A stretch of DNA of 48,933 bases, from assembly GCA_051251915.1 (NCBI GenBank), contig JBPOGF010000025.1:1-48933 (forward strand), in the 5' to 3' direction. Below the pieces are notes generated by a model, which did no database searches, was not told the DNA's origin, and saw only the letters and a program-made list of their open reading frames with translations. Each line of letters begins with the position of its first letter. Within the stretch, counting starts at the first letter, position 1. Shown in pieces: positions 38,313-47,378 of this stretch. The translations under genes were made by a program, and so were the position numbers. The DNA is from Akkermansiaceae bacterium (GTDB taxonomy: Bacteria > Verrucomicrobiota > Verrucomicrobiia > Verrucomicrobiales > Akkermansiaceae).

Positions 38313-38782
38313 AAATGAATCATTTTCCACCAGCTCCTGAGTGTATGAGCTATGGTAAAGTGAAACTCTTTTTTGATCGATTGACAGAAGGGGACATAGC
38401 ACGAGGGTTTGTACCAGGGTATCATTTCAAGATTCTAAATGGTGACTCCGTAGAAGTAGGTCATTTTAATTATAGGATCGGCGATACTGAGCATGTGAGG
38501 TGCGCTGCTGGGCATATCGGTTATGAGATACTGGAACAATATAGAGGTCATGGCTATGCTGGTGATGCTTGTCTAGCGGCTGCTCAATGGATAGCAGAAG
38601 TTTCCGAGAAAGTGTCACAGGAAACCCTCGTAACGACAGACCCTGATAATATCGCAAGCATCAGAACCATTGAACGCATAGGGGCAACCTTTATCGATGA
38701 AGTGGCAGTGCCAGAAGGTGATCCTCATTTCCTCAGAGGATCTTATAGCAAGCGGCGATATCGGTGGGTATTGATGAAGTAG
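38309..38782 (+). CDS. GNAT N-acetyltransferase
   Basis: GHIGY...YRGHGYA; N.AS.RTIERIG; ATGA overlap with upstream gene. Confidence 0.88.
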   Translation: MKMNHFPPAPECMSYGKVKLFFDRLTEGDIARGFVPGYHFKILNGDSVEVGHFNYRIGDTEHVRCAAGHIGYEILEQYRGHGYAGDACLAAAQWIAEVSEKVSQETLVTTDPDNIASIRTIERIGATFIDEVAVPEGDPHFLRGSYSKRRYRWVLMK

Positions 38783-38786
38783 GTAA

Positions 38787-39422
38787 TTATAATGACTGTA
38801 GTAACGTTAGTAGGTCTATAATGTTTGCTGTGATGTAATCAGCTCCAGCATATTCAAGCTCCCCTTTAGATCCATAGCCCCACAAAACTCCAATCGTTTT
38901 GAGCCCATTCACTTTCCCCGCTTCTATATCAAATTTCCTATCGCCGATCATCAAAGTATCATTTGGATCGATGTCTTTTTCTCCAAGGATTTTCGTGATT
39001 AAATCACTTTTGGATAAATCAACATCGCAACCATAGATTTTCTCAAAGTAGTCTTGTAATGAAAAATGCTGAATTACACTGACCGCGATGTCTTCTCGCT
39101 TCGAGGTTACGATGAATAGTCGATGCCCAGCCTCACGTAGCTTGCTCAATGTCTCAACTATATTTGGATAAAGCTCATTTTCTCCAAATCCAACAGAAAT
39201 GTAACGTTCTCTGAAAAATCCTATTGCTCTTGTGAGTTGTTCATCGTCATCCGTTTCCAGTAGCTCGCTAAATGCAAACTGCAGAGAAGGTCCAATATAT
39301 TTAGCCAGTTGTGCTGGATCACGTTCCTTCACTTCACACTTCTTCAGTGCATAGTTCATGCTGGTAGTGATCCCTTGGAAAGGGTCACTAATCGTTCCGT
39401 CTAGATCAAAAAATAAATTCAT
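38787..39422 (-). CDS. HAD phosphatase (Gph/5'-nucleotidase-like)
   Basis: FDLDGTISD, VTSK, MIGDRKFD, WGYG. Confidence 0.9.
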   Translation of the reverse strand: MNLFFDLDGTISDPFQGITTSMNYALKKCEVKERDPAQLAKYIGPSLQFAFSELLETDDDEQLTRAIGFFRERYISVGFGENELYPNIVETLSKLREAGHRLFIVTSKREDIAVSVIQHFSLQDYFEKIYGCDVDLSKSDLITKILGEKDIDPNDTLMIGDRKFDIEAGKVNGLKTIGVLWGYGSKGELEYAGADYITANIIDLLTLLQSL

Positions 39423-39496
39423 GAAGAAGAGTAGGATGCTGTTTCATGAATTTAATTTACATTCCTCAGCTTAAAAGCCAATCTTATAGGAGAAAA

Positions 39497-40048
39497 ATGA
39501 TACGAGGAGAAAAAATAATTCTACGAATGTTCAAAGAAAATGATATGGATGCGTATTGCGAGATCATTAATAATCTATCCAACATGACTCCCTATTGGCC
39601 AGCGCATTTGCAATCAGAGACTGGGTTGCGAAAGGAATTTGGCGAGAACGGCTTCTGGAAAGATGATTATAAGCTTCTACTCATGACTGACAAAGAAGGA
39701 AATTTGATAGGAGAAGTGGATGCTTTCAAGACTTCACCAAACATTAAGGGACCTGAAGTGGGTTATCGAATCTTTCAAAAGAAAGACAAGGGGAAAGGCT
39801 ATGCTACAGAAGCTCTGCGCCTATTTTCAGCCTATCTATATGAAACAGATTCAAGCATTCTTCGCTTAACCGCTATGATTGTGTTGGATAATAATGCAAG
39901 TATCCGAGTTGTCGAGAAATGTGGCTACCACAAAGAAGGGACTATCAGAAATGCTTGGATGCACAATGGGGAGCCTCAGAGCTACTATATATTTTCACTA
40001 TTGAGAGACGAATGTCCGAGACTAGAAGAACTGCTTTATACAGAATAA
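39497..40048 (+). CDS. RimJ/RimL-type GNAT
   Basis: AGGAG RBS before ATG 39497; EVGY..KGKGYATE; NNASIRVVEKCGY. Confidence 0.88.
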   Translation: MIRGEKIILRMFKENDMDAYCEIINNLSNMTPYWPAHLQSETGLRKEFGENGFWKDDYKLLLMTDKEGNLIGEVDAFKTSPNIKGPEVGYRIFQKKDKGKGYATEALRLFSAYLYETDSSILRLTAMIVLDNNASIRVVEKCGYHKEGTIRNAWMHNGEPQSYYIFSLLRDECPRLEELLYTE

Positions 40049-40051
40049 TCT

Positions 40052-40135
40052 ATGATGATCATCGACCATATTCAGTTAACGATGCCTATCGGCGATAAGC
40101 CTGCGTTATCTATGGTCCTTGAAAAATCCTTTTAA
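40052..40135 (+). pseudogene. Possible 5' remnant of a VOC/glyoxalase gene
   Basis: MMIIDHIQLTMPIG resembles the DHVQLAMP.G N-terminus; ends after 27 codons. Confidence 0.35.
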
Positions 40136-40137
40136 AA

Positions 40138-40950
40138 ATGAGCTGCTTATTCAATACGCTGAATTTTTTTCTACTGGTGCTATTTACTTCTTCAACTCTT
40201 TTTGCTGAACAGGAGGTAGTCGAGCGCGAAGATTGGGGGGTGTTTTTTAAGAAGTTTGAGGTCGAGGGAACAATGGTGGTAACTGATGAACGAGATAAGG
40301 ATACGAAGTTATCAGCTTATAATCTCGATCGCGCAAAAGTAGGTTTTCTACCAGCATCTACTTTTAAGATTCCTCATTCCTTATTTGCACTCGATACAGG
40401 CATTGTCCGTGATGAATTCCAAGTTTTGAGTTGGGATGGTGTAAAGCGGTTCAACTCTGAATGGAATCGTGATCAAAATTTAAAGTCATCAATGAGGCAT
40501 TCCGTAGTATGGGTCTATGAGGATTTTGCTAAGAAAATAGGTGAGAAAGACGAGAGTAATTATCTTGCTAAGATAGGATATGGTAACGGTAAGCCAACCG
40601 GTAAAGCCCCGTTCTGGATCAAGGGAGATTTAAAAATATCGGCAATAGAGCAGATCAATTTTCTCCAGAAACTGTATCGAAATCAGCTGCCCTTCAAAAT
40701 CGAACACCAGAGATTAGTAAAGGACATCATGATCGCTGAGGCTGATAAAGACCGGATTCTACGTGCAAAGTCAGGGTGGACAGGAAAGCTTGCTTGGTGG
40801 GTAGGCTGGGTTGAGACACCAACAGGTGCAGTCTTCTTTGCGGCGAACATTGATACTCCTAACAAAAAGGCAGACTTTAAGAAGCGGGAACTACTTCCAA
40901 GAGCCATTTTGAAATCAATCGGTGCGCTACCTAATACCACTTCACCGTAA
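40138..40950 (+). CDS. blaOXA: Class D beta-lactamase (OXA-2-like lineage)
   Basis: STFK, SVV, YGN, KSG motifs; LYRN.LPF..EHQRLVKD.MI; signal peptide. Confidence 0.92.
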   Translation: MSCLFNTLNFFLLVLFTSSTLFAEQEVVEREDWGVFFKKFEVEGTMVVTDERDKDTKLSAYNLDRAKVGFLPASTFKIPHSLFALDTGIVRDEFQVLSWDGVKRFNSEWNRDQNLKSSMRHSVVWVYEDFAKKIGEKDESNYLAKIGYGNGKPTGKAPFWIKGDLKISAIEQINFLQKLYRNQLPFKIEHQRLVKDIMIAEADKDRILRAKSGWTGKLAWWVGWVETPTGAVFFAANIDTPNKKADFKKRELLPRAILKSIGALPNTTSP

Positions 40951-41026
40951 TCCGATCTATACTGCTAGAAGCAGAGATCTTATTTTATTGTTAGGATGAT
41001 CACTATTTGACCTCGTTTATAGTTAG

Positions 41027-42796
41027 CTACTCTTCGAAAATATGATCCCCTTTGCCCAGACGTGCCGCTGTCAATCCTAGCTTGTATGCCGCTCGTGGTG
41101 TGGGGCAGATCGCGTGGAGTTGACGTGCTGATCCTATGAATAGGTGCTCAATGAATTCTGGATGATCTGGATAATCTCGGGCTAGATTCGCTGCTGCCTC
41201 AAGAACCTGAAGTGGATGGAAGTCTAGATCTTCGCGGATGGTGGCTAGGGTGAGTGTGTCGATTAATCCTGCTAGTGGATGCCCTAGTCGTAGATAGCGG
41301 GCGACTAGTTTGCCGACTCTTTTCCATTCGCTACGTTGGTCGAATTCGATTAATAGATCACTGAGTAGTTCCTCTTTCTTCTCTGAGAGTGAAGAAAGTT
41401 CTGCATCTTTAGGAAGCGGGGCTGAGGGGATATTGAAAAATCGATCTTGATAGACGGCTAGGGCACCATGAATCAGGCTTCGGACTACGTCAGGCGATTC
41501 CACTCGCTTGATGGCTTGGTAGACGGCATTGCAGAATATAAATGTGTGCTGAGGCATGAACCAATCACCCACTTCATTACTCTTGGCAAACTTAGCGAGA
41601 CGTATGGCTGCGGCATGAGCGACCGCTTTCGCCAAGACTAATGGAGGGGCTCCTTCTAGAAGGGCTAGCTCAAGTTCACTTAGTATTTTTAGAGCATCGT
41701 CACCAAGTAAGACTTCTTCCAAGGCATCTGTTACTACCCAGTCTTTATTTTGTTTAGTAGAGAGTAGTTCTGGCAATTTATTTTCCAAATCACGCAAGGG
41801 GGTAATCAACTCTACAGGGCTGTGCCATGACGAGCTCTCTTCTACGCCGCGCGTATTTAAAACTTGCTGTAATGGTAATGGCACAATGCTATCTGCATGC
41901 TCCCAGCCGATTTGATCTAATAGCTCAAAGGACTTGTTCACCGCGTCAAACTGGTGACCTGTATCGGTGTATACTCTATCTGATACAGCGGAAAAATAGG
42001 CTTCTGAAGCAACTTCATGACTACTAAAGAGCAAGCTCTGCAAGGCTCTTTCTGAGGCATCACGTTGTCGTCCACGCACTCCATCACGAAGCCAGCGTTT
42101 CAGTTGTTCGGACGATTGCTCACCATTGCCTAGTGCATCATGTTTGCGTGGTTGTGGCTTGCCAGTGCAGTCTTGAGCTACCTGTCGACAGGCTCTAATG
42201 AGCGCATGATCTAGAGTTTCTGGCTGTAGATGAGGTGCTAAATTCCCAACAATAGTGAGGATCGTCATGCCTTGATCCCAGACCTGATGGTTGAGACTGC
42301 CGAAATCTGCGATCCATGCTAAAATATCTATGGCTACTACTCCATGCCTTCTTAGACCAAGGATCGCCTTTGCCTGCACCAAGTTCACATTATGGCGTAG
42401 TCCATTTTCTAACCTTTGTCTGTAGTATGTTATATCTTCTTTTTGCCTTGGTGACATTGATACATAGACTTCACCTTCTCTTATTTCAGTCTCAAAAGCA
42501 GGGACATCGTCTGCCCATAAATCAAAGGTGCAACCGCTACACAAATCAAACCGAGCTTCATGCCAATGACAGGTAAGCCTGCCGTCACTCACGGTTCCCT
42601 TATGCAATGGAAAACCTAGATGGGGGCAACGATTATCAACTGCAAAGACCTGACCTTCACTGTGGAATACTGCGATGGGTCGACTCGTGCCCTTCGCTAG
42701 CACCACACCTTTTTTACAGATTTCCTCGAAACTTGCTACATGTATCATTGATTCCGCCTGCTCAGATAGGTCATTATGTTTTGCGTCCTTGTTCAT
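41027..42796 (-). CDS. Rieske [2Fe-2S] domain fused to a large helical His-containing region
   Basis: CPH...CHWH; start moved to MNKDAK (42796) to avoid overlap with the regulator. Confidence 0.85.
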   Translation of the reverse strand: MNKDAKHNDLSEQAESMIHVASFEEICKKGVVLAKGTSRPIAVFHSEGQVFAVDNRCPHLGFPLHKGTVSDGRLTCHWHEARFDLCSGCTFDLWADDVPAFETEIREGEVYVSMSPRQKEDITYYRQRLENGLRHNVNLVQAKAILGLRRHGVVAIDILAWIADFGSLNHQVWDQGMTILTIVGNLAPHLQPETLDHALIRACRQVAQDCTGKPQPRKHDALGNGEQSSEQLKRWLRDGVRGRQRDASERALQSLLFSSHEVASEAYFSAVSDRVYTDTGHQFDAVNKSFELLDQIGWEHADSIVPLPLQQVLNTRGVEESSSWHSPVELITPLRDLENKLPELLSTKQNKDWVVTDALEEVLLGDDALKILSELELALLEGAPPLVLAKAVAHAAAIRLAKFAKSNEVGDWFMPQHTFIFCNAVYQAIKRVESPDVVRSLIHGALAVYQDRFFNIPSAPLPKDAELSSLSEKKEELLSDLLIEFDQRSEWKRVGKLVARYLRLGHPLAGLIDTLTLATIREDLDFHPLQVLEAAANLARDYPDHPEFIEHLFIGSARQLHAICPTPRAAYKLGLTAARLGKGDHIFEE

Positions 42797-42843
42797 AGTT
42801 TCTATATTTTTTTCTTTAGAAAGTGATGAATGCTGGTAAATCA

Positions 42844-42867
42844 TTTGTAAAGGTGTTTCTTTATAAA
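42844..42867. promoter_or_regulatory. Candidate operator palindrome
   Basis: TTTGTAAAG-N6-CTTTATAAA (8/9 match) in the divergent intergenic region. Confidence 0.5.
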
Positions 42868-42869
42868 AG

Positions 42870-43508
42870 ATGGCTAATGACTCACCGACACGCACGCGAC
42901 TCTTGGACTTGCTCAAGCAGCATGGACCTCAAGAGGCTCAAGTGTTGTCTGAAAAACTAGCAATAACAGCGATGGCAGTGAGGCAGCATCTTTACCAATT
43001 GAGAGATGAAAAACTCATCACTCATCTCCTGGAGTCACGGACAATAGGAAGACCAGCAAAGCTATGGCAACTCACGGATGAAGCGAATCGACTCTTCCCA
43101 GATGCTCACGCTGCGCTAGCAGTTGACTTAGTTTCCTCGCTCACTACTACGTTTGGAAAAGCGGGGTTGGATCAATTGATTAGCGTGCGAGCAAAGGAAC
43201 AGATCGTCCAGTATAGTGAGCAGATGCCTAGAGCTTCCACATTGCGCCAGAAGCTAGACAAACTAGCAGAGCTACGCACTAATGAAGGCTATATGGCTGA
43301 GGTCTCAGAAAGCGAAGATGGCACTTTGATGTTCATCGAGAACCATTGCCCCATCTGTGCTGCGGCTTCTGTATGTAGCGGGCTTTGTGCTGCGGAGCTG
43401 AATGTTTTTAGTGCCGTGATTGGCAAAGATTTCGTGATAGAACGCACCGAGTATATTTTAGAAAATGCGCGTCGTTGTGCCTACGAAATTAAAAAGAAAA
43501 AGCTCTAA
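42870..43508 (+). CDS. SufR-like HTH transcriptional regulator with Cys-rich sensor domain
   Basis: AVRQHL..L, GRP, GYMAE, ENHCPIC...C..LC..EL...RC. Confidence 0.85.
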   Translation: MANDSPTRTRLLDLLKQHGPQEAQVLSEKLAITAMAVRQHLYQLRDEKLITHLLESRTIGRPAKLWQLTDEANRLFPDAHAALAVDLVSSLTTTFGKAGLDQLISVRAKEQIVQYSEQMPRASTLRQKLDKLAELRTNEGYMAEVSESEDGTLMFIENHCPICAAASVCSGLCAAELNVFSAVIGKDFVIERTEYILENARRCAYEIKKKKL

Positions 43509-43524
43509 CAATTAGAAGAAAATA

Positions 43525-44049
43525 ATGAATCTAGCAAAACGTATATGGAAAAAATCAAAGATCAGCGGAACATTTGAGTTGCGGTCTGGTAAGACGAGTA
43601 GCACCTACTTCGATAAGTATTTATTTGAATCAGACCCTGTTCTGCTCGCTGATATCGCAGAAGGCATGAAAGCGATTGTTCCTGATGATATAGAGATCCT
43701 AGCAGGGTTAGAAATGGGAGGGATTCCAATTGTCACAGCTCTTAGTCGTGAAACTGGGCTACATTGTGCATTTGTTAGGAAAGAAGCGAAGAAATATGGC
43801 ACGTGTAAATACTCCGAGGGGGCGAATCTAACTGGGAAGAAAGTGCTGCTGATCGAAGATGTCGTTTCTAGTGGTGGTGCTATCATTGATGCAGCGAATA
43901 TGCTCAGGGCTGATGGTGTTATCGTGGACCGTGTCCTATGCGTGATCGATAGAGAAACTGGAGGAAGAGAAAACCTTGCAGAACATGGAGTGACGCTGTC
44001 GTGTTTGTTTAAGCAAAGTCAGATAGATGCTGAAGAAAGAACATCTTGA
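43525..44049 (+). CDS. pyrE: Orotate phosphoribosyltransferase
   Basis: G.FELRSGK.S..YFDK, RKEAKKYGT, LIEDVVSSGG, VIDR. Confidence 0.88.
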   Translation: MNLAKRIWKKSKISGTFELRSGKTSSTYFDKYLFESDPVLLADIAEGMKAIVPDDIEILAGLEMGGIPIVTALSRETGLHCAFVRKEAKKYGTCKYSEGANLTGKKVLLIEDVVSSGGAIIDAANMLRADGVIVDRVLCVIDRETGGRENLAEHGVTLSCLFKQSQIDAEERTS

Positions 44050-45022
44050 GCTTATCCTTCGTCCTTATGGGATCGATGCTGCTCAGCTTGAATTTATACG
44101 GCGTAGTCAGAATTATGTCTATCGGGTTGGTGCAGGTCAGGGGGATATCGTAAGAATCTGTAAGGGTCGGTATCGTGAGGAGAAGGATATTGAAGCTGAG
44201 TTGTTATGGATTGAGTATTTGACCCAACATGGGGTAAAGGCATGTAGACCTATTATCTCGAATGAGGGTAAACTTTATCACTCGGTGGAAATCGACGGTG
44301 AGCTGCATGTGGTCACTGTTTTTGAGCATGCTCCGGGGATGCGGATGCATAGTAAAATGGCTGATGAAGCGACTTTCGAGAAGTTGGGTCGGTTGACTGG
44401 GTGTATACATGCTTTAGCGACTAAATTTGAGAGCAGTGGTGGATCATTGAATCGTTCATCATGGATGGAATCTAGATTGTTGAAGGAGGATTTTGATGAT
44501 CATCTAGATGTACTAAGCCCGGTATTTGTGCAGAGTGTTGAGAGTAGTATTGAAGAGCTTTCTTCTATTCCGAAGTCGCCTGGTTGTTTTGGCATACTCC
44601 ATGGAGATATTCATTTTGGTAATATTTTCGACGACAGCGGAGACCTTTGGATCTTTGATTTTGATAACTGTGAATATGGTTATTTTGTTCAAGAACTGGC
44701 TACTATCTTATGGGATGCGGTTTATTGCAAGGAGATGAATAAGTTTGCGGATGATGGACTTAGCGAGCGAATGCGCACCTGGTGGCAAGCTCTATTGAAG
44801 GGCTACTTCGAGTCATCACCTATGGAAGAGAATGATTTAAACTATGAGCAGTTAGAAAAGTTCTTCCTACTCAGAGAGTCAGTTATTTATGTGCATTACC
44901 ATCAGACATTGAATCTCACTGAGATAGATGAGAGTTTTCATGAAGGTCTAGAGGTGATGAAGCGAAACGTTGAAACTCAAAGCCATCAAGTCGATTTTTC
45001 ACTACTGAAAAGAGAATTATGA
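44027..45022 (+). CDS. APH/homoserine kinase type II-like phosphotransferase
   Basis: HGDIHFGN, IFDFD. Confidence 0.85.
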   Translation: MLKKEHLELILRPYGIDAAQLEFIRRSQNYVYRVGAGQGDIVRICKGRYREEKDIEAELLWIEYLTQHGVKACRPIISNEGKLYHSVEIDGELHVVTVFEHAPGMRMHSKMADEATFEKLGRLTGCIHALATKFESSGGSLNRSSWMESRLLKEDFDDHLDVLSPVFVQSVESSIEELSSIPKSPGCFGILHGDIHFGNIFDDSGDLWIFDFDNCEYGYFVQELATILWDAVYCKEMNKFADDGLSERMRTWWQALLKGYFESSPMEENDLNYEQLEKFFLLRESVIYVHYHQTLNLTEIDESFHEGLEVMKRNVETQSHQVDFSLLKREL

Positions 45023-45696
45023 ATCTAGGTAAGCACATCAGCCACTATTTCGAGCAAGAGTATGGTCCATTTCTTAGTATCTGCGATCTGAATGAAGATG
45101 AGACGCAGCAGATCATTAATCGTGAAAAACAAGCAGTTACAGGATTCAATCGATTCTCTTATGGAAGCGCGTTTTTCGAGTTTCGGCAGCTTGCGGACGA
45201 CCTACTCATTGAACTATACCAGAAGAAATTTCAAATCGAACCTAACAGGCGTCCCTACTACGCAGTGCTAGGAGATGCCGATGTAGTAGGTGGCTTGTAT
45301 CGAGATCCCTATAAAATCCATATTCCTTTGAATGCTTTAGAAAGCCATGAAGTTACGTTCATGGTTCCTGACCATTTTCATCTTGTAGGGATGTCTGAGA
45401 TTGAAGTAGAGCAGAGCTTTGGTGTTCAAATTCCTAGTGACTATGATGAGGATAAGTATCCGTACTTTGGAAAGCTTCTGACATACAGCGAACTAAAGGA
45501 AAAGTATGAGGAATTCAAAATCGGCGAATATCTAGAGAACAATAAGAAAAAGAACCACTGGTATCGCTACATAGAAGCTCAAATCTGGGTGAAGCCAGAA
45601 GAGCTAATAGCTCGATTCACAGATCAGATTGAAGTCTATCCAGAACCATGGACACACGGTTATATAACCTATCTACAAAATTATAAATCGTGCTGA
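45019..45696 (+). CDS. Hypothetical protein
   Basis: ATGA overlap with upstream gene; HYFE..GPFLSI, RPYYAVLG, YIEAQIW. Confidence 0.7.
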   Translation: MNLGKHISHYFEQEYGPFLSICDLNEDETQQIINREKQAVTGFNRFSYGSAFFEFRQLADDLLIELYQKKFQIEPNRRPYYAVLGDADVVGGLYRDPYKIHIPLNALESHEVTFMVPDHFHLVGMSEIEVEQSFGVQIPSDYDEDKYPYFGKLLTYSELKEKYEEFKIGEYLENNKKKNHWYRYIEAQIWVKPEELIARFTDQIEVYPEPWTHGYITYLQNYKSC

Positions 45697-45769
45697 GCTC
45701 TAAACTCTACCGATGAATAATTTACACACAGTTTACACAGAATATCTCAACTTTACTTACTATAAATCC

Positions 45770-46342
45770 ATGAAAACAGCCTACATCATCACGTTGCTAG
45801 TTATAGCGTCATTCCAAGATGGCTTTGCGCAGGCTCATCTTTCCGCAGCAAAATCGCCAGTTCTTTCGCCTGTCATTCTTGGTAATGACGATGGGCAAGG
45901 TGTATGGATACCTGGTAGCTACGGAGGAGTGATTAATTTAGAAATAGATATCGAGACAGTAGGTACTGATGAGATACTCAAAGTTCAATTTAAAAAAGAC
46001 TCTGAGTTTAGTACTTTTTCGGGTCGTAGCTTTCAATTGCAATCAGACAAAACTGTTAAGAATGAAGAAAAAGGAACTAGTGTGAGAACTGTTATTTTAA
46101 TTTCAAATCGAGGGGTGAAAAAGCATCATGCGAATGAAATTATTTGCTATAAAATCCATCACTATGAATCACGCGTAAATAAAGAGGGAATCCTATTACA
46201 ATCAGAAGCGACTAATTATAGACTGACCTTCAGTAGAATAAAAAATGACTACGAAGTGGAATACTTAATTCCTTTTTCTGCATCCTTTCCTAATGCTGAA
46301 AATCCAAAGGCTATACCAATAGAGAATAAGAATGCTAAGTAG
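45770..46342 (+). CDS. Secreted hypothetical protein
   Basis: Signal peptide MKTAYIITLLVIASFQDGFA. Confidence 0.6.
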   Translation: MKTAYIITLLVIASFQDGFAQAHLSAAKSPVLSPVILGNDDGQGVWIPGSYGGVINLEIDIETVGTDEILKVQFKKDSEFSTFSGRSFQLQSDKTVKNEEKGTSVRTVILISNRGVKKHHANEIICYKIHHYESRVNKEGILLQSEATNYRLTFSRIKNDYEVEYLIPFSASFPNAENPKAIPIENKNAK

Positions 46343-46470
46343 CTTTCTATAGGAGCCTAGGATGGGAGGATTAGAAGATTGAGGGAGGGAATAGGTATAT
46401 GATGAAGCCAAGAACATAAGGCTTAGCTGCAATTTGTTGACTATCGGGACTGTTGCCATAAATTTTTAAG

Positions 46471-46878
46471 ATGAAATGTACAATCAGACTAGACGACGAA
46501 ATCGAACTTAGTGAAGTGATCGAGCTGTATCGGGCGAATGGCTGGTCATCTGCTGATAAGCCGAATGAACTTATGGGGGCTTTGCGTAATTCTCATTCTC
46601 TTGTGACAGCTAGGGTTGATTTAAAATTGATTGGTATAGGAAACGCTATTTCTGACGGTCATCTTGTTGTCTATTATCCGCATTTATTGGTTCATCCTGA
46701 TCATCAAGGGCATGGTGTTGGTAAGGGAATGATGGGGTATCTCCAATCACGTTATTCAGGGTTTCATCAACAGATGTTGACTGCTGATGGACGAGCGATA
46801 GAATTCTATAAACAACTGGGATTTTCTAAGGCGGGGCAAACAGAATCCATGTGGATCTACTCAGGCACTGAACACTAG
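46471..46878 (+). CDS. GNAT N-acetyltransferase
   Basis: LLVHPDHQGHGVG; AIEFYKQLGF. Confidence 0.9.
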   Translation: MKCTIRLDDEIELSEVIELYRANGWSSADKPNELMGALRNSHSLVTARVDLKLIGIGNAISDGHLVVYYPHLLVHPDHQGHGVGKGMMGYLQSRYSGFHQQMLTADGRAIEFYKQLGFSKAGQTESMWIYSGTEH

Positions 46879-46879
46879 T

Positions 46880-47269
46880 ATGACTGATAAACAACATAAA
46901 CTCGATTTTACTGATTACAGAAAGGAAGCGATTCGTTACTGGGAGCGGAAGCGGATAATATGGAATCTCATTTTGGTTCTTCCTGCACTGTTTGGCTACT
47001 TAGCTGCTAGTGAAATTGCAGTTGGGATCGGGGATCCTAGCGAGTTTGGGTTTCTCTATGTAATGGCATGTTTCTTCTTTGCTGCTATGGGTGCAAACAT
47101 TTGTTACACGTTCGCCTATGTTGCTGAATTTTGGATAGTGGGGAGGGATTATGAATTCGAATATCGTAGTAATGGACGACTCAAGCTATTTGTCCTTGGA
47201 TGTTGTCTTGGCATAGGATTGGCTTTCTTGGGAGGGCGGAGTATTGCTCTCATACAGTATCCAGTTTAG
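46880..47269 (+). CDS. Small membrane protein (about 3 TM)
   Basis: YWERKRIIWN.IL, ANICY..Y.AE; hydrophobic segments. Confidence 0.7.
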   Translation: MTDKQHKLDFTDYRKEAIRYWERKRIIWNLILVLPALFGYLAASEIAVGIGDPSEFGFLYVMACFFFAAMGANICYTFAYVAEFWIVGRDYEFEYRSNGRLKLFVLGCCLGIGLAFLGGRSIALIQYPV

Positions 47270-47378
47270 GGGTATGTATGCAAAACTTATCTCCGTTTTG
47301 TCGGCTGGAATGGGAGGGAGCTGGTTTTGAATGATTAAGAGAAGAGTAGGGCTTCATTTGATTGTGAGATGGTCTTAT

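Noticed and set aside
42797..42916. N-terminal extension of the Rieske ORF overlapping the regulator head-to-head
   Set aside because: The ATG at 42796 gives a normal divergent layout; ORF-track extensions of ispA, DAHP synthase, tdh, metY and the HAD at 33485 were trimmed for similar reasons
45721..45740. TTTACACA direct repeat upstream of a secreted protein
   Set aside because: Only two 8-bp copies in AT-rich DNA; could be chance
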